Assembly (NCBI GenBank): GCA_964247055.1 | Contig: OZ176052.1 | Coordinates: 14,260,001 to 14,324,000, forward strand | Length of the DNA: 64,000 nt | DNA from: Paragordius varius | Taxonomy: Eukaryota > Animalia > Nematomorpha | Reading direction: 5' to 3' | In this document: positions 52,901-64,000 of the stretch, piece by piece | How the letters are laid out: every line of letters begins with the position of its first letter | How positions within the stretch are numbered: the stretch's first letter is position 1 | Made by a program: the position numbers and the translations under genes | Notes under the pieces: generated by a model | The model's input: only the letters and a program-made list of their open reading frames with translations | Database searches by the model: none | What the model was told of the DNA's origin: nothing

Positions 52901-55900
52901 ATAAAAATTACTTTTATAGTCCGATCCCCAAAATATTTGGGGTGATGATAGAACTACCATTGGGCTACCCAAAAAAAATTATAGTGACATCACCTGATCA
53001 AATTTGGATTTTAGGTAGCCATTTTTATTTTTAAAATCGTATAAAATAAATTTTTTAAATATTTAAAAAATTCATAAAAATTACATTTATAGTCCGATCT
53101 CGACAATATTTGGGGTGATGATGGAACTACCATAGGGCTACCCAAAAAAAATTATTGTGACATCACCTGATCAAATTTGGATTTTAGGTAACCATTTTTA
53201 TTTTTAATATCGTATAAAATAAATTTTTTAAATATTTAAAAAATTCATAAAAATTACATTTATAGTCCGATATCGACAATATTTGGGGTGATGATGGAAC
53301 TACCATAGGTCTACCCAAAAAAAATTATAGTGACATCACCTGATCAAATTTGGATTTTAGGTAGCCATTTTTATTTTTAAAATCGTATAAAATAAATTTT
53401 TTAAATATTTAAAAAATTCATAAAAATTACATTTATAGTCCGATCCCAAAATATTTGGGGTGATGATGGAACAACCATAGGGCTACGCAAAAAAAATTAT
53501 GGCGACATCACCTGATCAAATTTGGATTTTAGGTAGCCATTTTTATTTTTAAAATCGTATAAAATAAATTTTTTAAATATTTAAAAAATTCATAAAAATT
53601 ACATTTATAGTCCGATCCCCAAAATATTTGAGGTGATGATGGAACAACCATAGGGCTACGCAAAATGGCGACATCACCTGATCAAATTTGGATTTTAGGT
53701 AGCCATTTTTATTTTTAAAATCGTATAAAATAAATTTTTTAAATATTTAAAAAATTCAAAAAAATTACATTTATACTCCGATCTCGAAAATATTTGGGGT
53801 GATGATGGAACTACCATAGGGCTACCCAAAAAAAATTATGGCGACATCACCTGATCAAATTTGGATTTTAGGTAGCCATTTTTATTTTTAAAATCGTATA
53901 AAATAAATTTTTTAAATATTTAAAAAATTCATAAAAATTACATTTATACTCCGATCTCGAAAATATTTGGGGTGATGATGGAACTACCATAGGGCTACCC
54001 AAAAAAATTATAGTGACATCACCTGATCAAATTTGGATTTTAGGTAGCCATTTTTATCTTAAAATCGTATAAAAATATTTAAAAAATTCATAAAAATTAC
54101 ATTTATAGTCCGATCCCCAAAATATTTGGGGTGATGATGGAACTACCATAGGGCTACCCAAAAAAAATTATAGTGACATCACCTGATCAAATTTGGATTT
54201 TAGGTAGCCATTTATATTTTTAAAATCGTATAAAATAAATTTTTTAAATATTTAAAAAATTCATAAAAATTACATTTATAGTCCGATCCCCAAAATATTT
54301 GGGGTGATGATGGAATTACCATAGGGCTACCCAAAAAAAATTATGGTGACATCACCTGATCAAATTTGGATTTTAGGTAGCCATTTTTATTTTTAAAATC
54401 GAATAAAATAAATTTTTTAAATATTTAAAAAATTCAAAAAAATTACATTTATACTCCGATCTCGAAAATATTTGGGGTGATGATGGAACTACCATAGGGC
54501 TACCCAAAAAAAATTATGGCGACATCACCTGATCAAATTTGGATTTTAGGTAGCCATTTTTATTTTTAAAATCGTATAAAATAAATTTTTTAAATATTTA
54601 CAAATTCATAAAAATTACATTTATACTCCGATCTCGAAAATATTTGGGGTGATGATGGAACTACCATAGGGCTACCCAAAAAAAATTATAGTGACATCAC
54701 CTGATCAAATTTGGATTTTAGGTAGCCATTTTTATCTTAAAATCGTATAAAAATATTTAAAAAATTCATAAAAATTACATTTATAGTCCGATCCCCAAAA
54801 TATTTGGGGTGATGATGGAACTACCATAGGGCTACCCAAAAAAAATTATAGTGACATCACCTGATCAAATTTGGATTTTAGGTAGCCATTTATATTTTTA
54901 AAATCGTATAAAATAAATTTTTTAAATATTTAAAAAATTCATAAAAATTACATTTATAGTCCGATCTCGAAAATATTTGGGGTGTTGATGGAACTACCAT
55001 AGGGCTACCCAAAAAAAATTATAGTGACATCACCTGATCAAATTTGGATTTTAGGTAGCCATTTTTATTTTTAAAATCGTATAAAATAAATTTTTTAAAT
55101 ATTTAAAAAATTCATAAAAATTACATTTATAGTCCGATCCCCAAAATATTTGAGGTGATGATGGAACAACCATAGGGCTACGCAAAAAAAATTATGGCGA
55201 CATCACCTGATCAAATTTGGATTTTAGGTAGCCATTTTTATTTTTAAAATCGTATAAAATAAATTTTTTAAATATTTAAAAAATTCAAAAAAATTACATT
55301 TATACTCCGATCTCGAAAATATTTGGGGTGATGATGGAACTACCATAGGGCTACCCAAAAAAAATTATGGCGACATCACCTGATCAAATTTGGATTTTAG
55401 GTAGCCATTTTTATTTTTAAAATCGTATAAAATAAATTTTTTAAATATTTAAAAAATTCATAAAAATTACATTTATACTCCGATCTCGAAAATATTTGGG
55501 GTGATGATGGAACTACCATAGGGCTACCCAAAAAAAATTATAGTGACATCACCTGATCAAATTTGGATTTTAGGTAGCCATTTATATTTTTAAAATCGTA
55601 TAAAATAAATTTTTTAAATATTTAAAAAATTGATAAAAATTACATTTATACTCCGATCCCCAAAATATTTGGGGTGATGTTGGAATTACCATAGGGCTAC
55701 CCAAAAAAAATTATGGTGACATCACCTGATCAAAATTTGGATTTTAGGTAGCCATTTTTATTTTTAATATCGTATAAAATAAATTTTTTAAATATTTAAA
55801 AAATTCATAAAAATTACATTTATAGTCCGATCCCCAAAATATTTGAGGTGATGATGGAACAACCATAGGGCTACCCAAAAAAAATTATGGCGACATCACC

Positions 55901-56158
55901 TGATCAAATTTGGATTTTAGGTAGCCATTTTTATCTTAAAATCGTATAAAATAAATTTTTTAAATATTTAAAAAATTCATAAAAATTACATTTATAGTCC
56001 GATCCCCAAAATATTTGGGGTGATGATGGAACTACCATAGGGCTACCCAAAAAAAATTATAGTGACATCACCTGATCAAATTTGGATTTTAGGTAGCCAT
56101 TTTTATTTTTAAAATCGTATAAAATAAATTTTTTAAATATTTAAAAAATTCATAAAAA

Positions 56159-58896
56159 TTACATTTATACTCCGATCTCGAAAATATTTGGGGTGATGAT
56201 GGAACTACCATAGGGCTACCCAAAAAAAATTATAGTGACATCACCTGATCAAATTTGGATTTTAGGTAGCCATTTTTATCTTAAAATCGTATAAAAATAT
56301 TTAAAAAATTCATAAAAATTACATTTATAGTCGGATCCCCAAAATATTTGGGGTGATGATGGAACTACCATAGGGCTACCCAAAAAAATTATAGTGACAT
56401 CACCTGATCAAATTTGGATTTTAGGTAGCCATTTTTATTTTTAAAATCGTATAAAATAAATTTTTTAAATATTTAAAAAATTCATAAAAATTACATTTAT
56501 AATCCGATCTCGACAATATTTGGGGTGATGATGGAACTACCATAGGGCTACCCAAAAAAAATTATGGTGACATCACCTGATCAAATTTGGATTTTAGGTA
56601 CCCATTTTTATTTTTAAAATCGTATAAAATAAATTTTTTAAATATTTAAAAAATTCAAAAAAATTACATTTATACTCCGATCTCGAAAATATTTGGGGTG
56701 ATGATGGAACTACCATAGGGCTACGCAAAAAACATTATGGTGACATCACCTGATCAAATTTGGATTTTAGGTAGCCATTTTTATTTTTAAAATCGTATAA
56801 AATAAATTTTTTAAATATTTAAAAAATTCAAAAAAATTACATTTATACTCCGATCTCGACAATATTTGGGGTGATGATGGAACTACCATAGGGCTACCCA
56901 AAGAAAATTATGGTGACATCACCTGATCAAATTTGGATTTTAGGTACCCATTTTTATTTTTAAAATCGTATAAAATAAATTTTTTAAATATTTAAAAAAT
57001 TCATAAAAATTACATTTATACTCCGATCTCGAAAATATTTGGGGTGATGATGGAACTACCATAGGGCTACCCAAAAAAAATTATAGTGACATCACCTGAT
57101 CAAATTTGGATTTTAGGTAGCCATTTTTATTTTTAAAATCGTATAAAATAAATTTTTTAAATATTTAAAAATTCATAAAAATTACATTTATAGTCCGATC
57201 CCCAAAATATTTGAGGTGATGATGGAACAACCATAGGGCTACGCAAAAAAATTATGGCGACATCACCTGATCAAATTTGGATTTTAGGTAGCCATTTTTA
57301 TTTTTAAAATCGTATAAAATAAATTTTTTAAATATTTAAAAAATTCAAAAAAATTACATTTATACTCCGATCTCGAAAATATTTGGGGTGATGATGGAAC
57401 TACCATAGGGCTACCCAAAAAAAATTATAGTGACATCACCTGATCAAATTTGGATTTTAGGTAGCCATTTTTATTTTTAAAATCGTATAAAATAAATTTT
57501 TTAAATATTTAAAAAATTCATAAAAATTACATTTATACTCCGATCTCGAAAATATTTGGGGTGATGATGGAACTACCATAGGGCTACCCAAAAAAAATTA
57601 TAGTGACATCACCTGATCAAATTTGGATTTTAGGTAGCCATTTTTATCTTAAAATCGTATAAAAATATTTAAAAAATTCATAAAAATTACATTTATAGTC
57701 GGATCCCCAAAATATTTGGGGTGATGATGGAACTACCATAGGGCTACCCAAAAAAAATTATAGTGACATCACCTGATCAAATTTGGATTTTAGGTAGCCA
57801 TTTTTATTTTTAAAATCGTATAAAATAAATTTTTTAAATATTTAAAAAATTCATAAAAATTACATTTATACTCCGATCTCGACAATATTTGGGGTGATGA
57901 TGGAACTACCATAGGGCTACCCAAAAAAAATTATGGTGATATCACCTGATAAAATTTGGATTTTAGGTACCCATTTTTATTTTTAAAATCGTATAAAATA
58001 AATTTTTTAAATATTTAAAAAATTCAAAAAAATTACATTTATACTCCGATCTCGAAAATATTTGGGGTGATGATGGAACTACCATAGGGCTACGCAAAAA
58101 ACATTATGGTGACATCACCTGATCAAATTTGGATTTTAGGTAGCCATTTTTATTTTTAAAATCGTATAAAATAAATTTTTTAAATATTTAAAAAATTCAA
58201 AAAAATTACATTTATACTCCGATCTCGACAATATTTGGGGTGATGATGGAACTACCATAGGGCTACCCAAAGAAAATTATGGTGACATCACCTGATCAAA
58301 TTTGGATTTTAGGTACCCATTTTTATTTTTAAAATCGTATAAAATAAATTTTTTAAATATTTAAAAAATTCATAAAAATTACATTTATACTCCGATCTCG
58401 AAAATATTTGGGGTGATGATGGAACTACCATAGGGCTACCCAAAAAAAATTATAGTGACATCACCTGATCAAATTTGGATTTTAGGTAGCCATTTTTATT
58501 TTTAAAATCGTATAAAATAAATTTTTTAAATATTTAAAAATTCATAAAAATTACATTTATAGTCCGATCCCCAAAATATTTGAGGTGATGATGGAACAAC
58601 CATAGGGCTACGCAAAAAAAATTATGGCGACATCACCTGATCAAATTTGGATTTTAGGTAGCCATTTTTATTTTTAAAATCGTATAAAATAAATTTTTTA
58701 AATATTTAAAAAATTCAAAAAAATTACATTTATACTCCGATCTCGAAAATATTTGGGGTGATGATGGAACTACCATAGGGCTACCCAAAAAAAATTATGG
58801 CGACATCACCTGATCAAATTTGGATTTTAGGTAGCCATTTTTATTTTTAAAATCGTATAAAATAAATTTTTTAAATATTTAAAAAATTCATAAAAA
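56159..58896. repeat. 8-monomer higher-order repeat (1368-1370 bp), two tandem copies
   Basis: ggatcc at 56333/57701; aaaaacattatgg at 56733/58102; 12-bp deletion at 56293/57661. Confidence 0.9.
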
Positions 58897-61800
58897 TTAC
58901 ATTTATACTCCGATCTCGAAAATATTTGGGGTGATGATGGAACTACCATAGGGCTACCCAAAAAAATTATAGTGACATCACCTGATCAAATTTGGATTTT
59001 AGGTAGCCATTTATATTTTTAAAATCGTATAAAATAAATTTTTTAAATATTTAAAAAATTCATAAAAATTACATTTATAGTCCGATCCCCAAAATATTTG
59101 GGGTGATGATGGAATTACCATAGGGCTACCCAAAATAAATTATGGTGACATCACCTGATCAAATTTGGATTTTAGGTAGCCATTTTTAATTTTAATATCG
59201 TATAAAAAATATTTTTTAAATATTTAAAAAATTCATAAAAATTACATTTATAGTCCGATCCCCAAAATATTTGAGGTGATGATGGAACAACCATAGGGCT
59301 ACCCAAAAAAAATTATGGCGACATCACCTGATCAAATTTGGATTTTAGGTAGCCATTTTTATCTTAAAATCGTATAAAATAAATTTTTTAAATATTTAAA
59401 AAATTCATAAAAATTACATTTATAGTCCGATCCCCAAAATATTTGGGGTGATGATGGAACTACCATAGGGCTACCCAAAAAAAATTATATTGACATCACC
59501 TGATCAAATTTGGATTTTAGGTAGCCATTTTTATTTTTAAAATCGTATAAAATAAATTTTTTAAATATTTAAAAAATTCATAAAAATTACATTTATACTC
59601 CGATCTCGAAAATATTTGGGGTGATGATGGAACTACCATAGGGCTACCCAAAAAAAATTATAGTGACATCACCTGATCAAATTTGGATTTTAGGTAGCCA
59701 TTTTTATCTTAAAATCGTATAAAAATATTTAAAAAATTCATAAAAATTACATTTATAGTCCGATCCCCAAAATATTTGGGGTGATGATGGAACTACCATA
59801 GGGCTACCCAAAAAAAATTATAGTGACATCACCTGATCTAATTTGGATTTTAGGTACCCATTTATATTTTTAAAATCGTATAAAATAAATTTTTTAAATA
59901 TTTAAAAAATTCATAAAAATTACATTTATAGTCCGATCTCGAAAATATTTGGGGTGTTGATGGAACTACCATAGGGCTACCCAAAAAAAATTATAGTGAC
60001 ATCACCTGATCAAATTTGGATTTTAGGTAGCCATTTTTATTTTTAAAATCGTATAAAATAAATTTTTTAAATATTTAAAAAATTCATAAAAATTACATTT
60101 ATAGTCCGATCCCCAAAATATTTGAGGTGATGATGGAACTTCCATAGGGCTACGCAAAAAAAATTATGGCGACATCACCTGATCAAATTTGGATTTTAGG
60201 TAGCCATTTTTATTTTTAAAATCGTATAAAATAAATTTTTTAAATATTTAAAAAATTCAAAAAAATTACATTTATACTTCGATCTCGAAAATATTTGGGG
60301 TGATGATGGAACTACCATAGGGCTACCCAAAAAAAATTATGGCGACATCACCTGATCAAATTTGGATTTTAGGTAGCCATTTTTATTTTTAAAATCGTAT
60401 AAAATAAATTTTTTAAATATTTAAAAAATTCATAAAAATTACATTTATACTCCGATCTCGAAAATATTTGGGGTGATGATGGAACTACCATAGGGCTACC
60501 CAAAAAAAATTATAGTGACATCACCTGATCAAATTTGGATTTTAGGTAGCCATTTATATTTTTAAAATCGTATAAAATAAATTTTTTAAATATTTAAAAA
60601 ATTCATAAAAATTACATTTATAGTCCGATCCCCAAAATATTTGGGGTGATGATGGAACTACCATAGGGCTACCTAAAAAAAATTATAGTGACATCACCTG
60701 ATCAAATTTGGATTTTAGGTAGCCATTTTTATTTTTAAAATCGTATAAAATAAATTTTTTAAATATTTAAAAAATTCATAAAAATTACATTTATACTCCG
60801 ATCTCGAAAATATTTGGGGTGATGATGGAACTACCATAGGGCTACCCAAAAAAAATTATAGTGACATCACCTGATCAAATTTGGATTTTAGGTAGCCATT
60901 TTTATCTTAAAATCGTATAAAAATATTTAAAAAATTCATAAAAATTACATTTATACTCCGATCTCGAAAATATTTGGGGTGATGATGGAACTACCATAGG
61001 GCTACCCAAAAAAAATTATAGTGACATCACCTGATCAAATTTGGATTTTAGGTAGCCATTTTTATCTTAAAATCGTATAAAAATATTTAAAAAATTCATA
61101 AAAATTACATTTATAGTCGGATCCCCAAAATATTTGGGGTGATGATGGAACTACCATAGGGCTACCCAAAAAAAATTATAGTGACATCACCTGATCAAAT
61201 TTGGATTTTAGGTAGCCATTTTTATTTTTAAAATCGTATAAAATAAATTTTTTAAATATTTAAAAAATTCATAAAAATTACATTTATACTCCGATCTCGA
61301 CAATATTTGGGGTGATGATGGAACTACCATAGGGCTACCCAAAAAAAATTATAGTGACATCACCTGATCAAATTTGGATTTTAGGTAGCCATTTTTATTT
61401 TTAAAATCGTATAAAATAAATTTTTTAAATATTTAAAAAATTCATAAAAATTACATTTATAGTCCGATCCCCAAAATATTTGGGGTGATGATGGAACAAC
61501 CATAGGGCTACGCAAAAAAAATTATGGCGACATCACCTGATCAAATTTGGATTTTAGGTAGCCATTTTTATTTTTAAAATCGTATAAAATAAATTTTTTA
61601 AATATTTAAAAAATTCAAAAAAATTACATTTATACTCCGATCTCGAAAATATTTGGGGTGATGATGGAACTACCATAGGGCTACCCAAAAAAAATTATGG
61701 CGACATTACCTGATCAAATTTGGATTTTAGGTAGCCATTTTTATTTTTAAAATCGTATAAAATAACTTTTTTAAATATTTAAAAAATTCATAAAAATTAC

Positions 61801-64000
61801 ATTTAAACTCCGATCTCGAAAATATTTGGAGTGATGATGGAACTACCATAGGGCTACCCAAAAAAATTATAGTGACATCACCTGATCAAATTTGGATTTT
61901 AGGTAGCCATTTTTATTTTTAAAATCGTATAAAATAAATTTTTTAAATATTTAAAAAATTCATAAAAATTACATTTATAGTCCGATCCCCAAAATATTTG
62001 GGGTGATGATGGAATTACCATAGGGCTACCCAAAAAAAATTATGGTGACATCACCTGATCAAATTTGGATTTTAGGTAGCCATTTTTATTTTTAATATCG
62101 TATAAAATAAATTTTTTAAATATTTAATAAATTCATAAAAATTACATTTATACTCCGATCTCGACAATATTTGGGGTGATGATGGAACTACCATAGGGCT
62201 ACCCAAAAAAAATTATAGTGACATCACCTGATCAAATTTGGATTTTAGGTAGCCATCGTATAAAATAAATTTTTTAAATATTTAAAAAATTCATAAAAAT
62301 TACATTTATAGTCCGATCCCCAAAATATTTGGGGTGATGATGGAACAACCATAGGGCTACGCAAAAAAAATTATGGCGACATCACCTGATCAAATTTGGA
62401 TTTTAGGTAGCCATTTTTATTTTTAAAATCGTATAAAATAAATTATTTAAATATTTAAAAAATTCATAAAAATTACATTTATACTCCGATCTCGACAATA
62501 TTTGGGGTGATGATGGAACTACCATAGGGCTGCGCAAAAAAAATTATGGCGAGATCACCTGATTAAATTTGGATTTTAGGTAGCCATTTTTATTTTTAAA
62601 ATCGTATAAAATAAATTTTTTAAATATTTAAAAAATTCAAAAAAATTACATTTATACTCCGATCTCGACAATATTTGGGGTGATGATGGAACTACCATAG
62701 GGCTACCCAAAAAAAATTATGGTGACATCACCTGATCAAATTTGGATTTTAGGTAGCCATTTTTATTTTTAAAATCGTATAAAATAAATTTTTTAAATAT
62801 TTAAAAAATTCATAAAAATTACATTTATACTCCGATCTCGAAAATATTTGGGGTGATGATGGAACTACCATAGGGCTACCCAAAAAAAATTATGGCGACA
62901 TCACCTGATCAAATTTGGATTTTAGGTAACCATTTTTATTTTTAAAATCGTATAAAATAAATTTTTTAAATGTTTAAAAAATTCATAAAAATTACATTTA
63001 TAGTCCGATCCCCAAAATATTTGGGGTGATGATGGAATTACCATAGGGCTACCCAAAAAAAATTATGGTGACATCACCTGATCAAATTTGGATTTTAGGT
63101 AGCCATTTTTATTTTTAAAATCGTATAAAATAAATTTTTTAAATATTTAAAAAAATTCATAAAAATTACATTTATAGTCCGATCCCAAAAATATTTGGGG
63201 TGATGATGGAACTACCACAGGGCTACCCAAAAAAAATTATAGTGACATCACCTGATCAAATTTGGATTTTAGGTAGCCATTTTTATTTTTAAAATCGTAT
63301 AAAATAAATTTTTTAAATGTTTAAAAAATTCATAAATATTACATTTATAGTCCGATCCCCAAAATATTTGGGGTGATGATGGAATTACCATAGGGCTACC
63401 CAAAAAAAATTATGGTGACATCACCTGATCAAATTTGGATTTTAGGTAGCCATTTTTATTTTTAAAATCGTATAAAATAAATTTTTTAAATGTTTAAAAA
63501 ATTCATAAAAATTACATTTATAGTCCGATCCCCAAAATATTTGGGGTGATGATGGAATTACCATAGGGCTACCCAAAAAAAATTATGGTGACATCACCTG
63601 ATCAAATTTGGATTTTAGGTAGCCATTTTTATTTTTAAAATCGTATAAAATAAATTTTTTAAATATTTAAAAAATTCATAAAAATTACATTTATACTCCG
63701 ATCTCGAAAATATTTGGGGTGATGATGGAACTACCATAGGGCTACCCAAAATAAATTATAGTGACATCACCTGATCAAATTTGGATTTTAGGTAACCATT
63801 TTTATTTTTAATATCGTATAAAATAAATTTTTTAAATATTTAAAAAATTCATAAAAATTACATTTATAGTCCGATCCCCAAAATATTTGGGGTGATGATG
63901 GAACTACCATAGGGCTACCCAAAAAAAATTATAGTGACATCACCTGATCAAATTTGGATTTTAGGTAGCCATTTTTATTTTTAAAATCGTATAAAATAAA

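Larger units (their letters stand above)
1..64000. repeat. Tandem satellite DNA array, 173-bp monomer, about 370 head-to-tail copies, extending past both window edges
   Basis: The anchor ttacattt recurs at 8, 181 and 354 (period 173) and continues to the end of the window. Most monomers differ by only a few substitutions or short indels (about 144-174 bp). I counted 45 G+C in 173 bp (26%). No unique sequence was seen anywhere. Confidence 0.99.

Noticed and set aside
1-64000. CRISPR-like repeat array
   Set aside because: The segments between the conserved motifs are themselves repeated copies, not unique spacers. The unit is 173 bp and no cas genes are present.

Overview
The whole 64-kb window is one uninterrupted head-to-tail tandem array of a 173-bp satellite DNA monomer: about 370 copies, about 26% GC, all in one orientation. 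I find no credible protein-coding gene, rRNA, tRNA, transposon or CRISPR array. It looks like eukaryotic heterochromatic or centromere-type satellite, but the organism and family cannot be named from the sequence alone. Each monomer has a ~100-bp core of moderate GC (~41%) and a ~70-bp almost pure A/T linker that contains a perfect 24-bp palindrome. Diagnostic variants tracked by eye show local higher-order repeats (6-, 7-, 8- and 12-mers), a ~10-kb block duplicated 14,469 bp downstream, and variants shared by the two window ends but missing from the middle. The most unusual observation is that nearly every monomer core carries a box C (GTGATGA) and a box D (CTGA), closed by a 6-bp stem in exact kink-turn geometry. 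This outlines a ~69-nt C/D-snoRNA-like unit, which is a hypothesis only. All coordinates and offsets were counted manually; no alignments or database searches were run.
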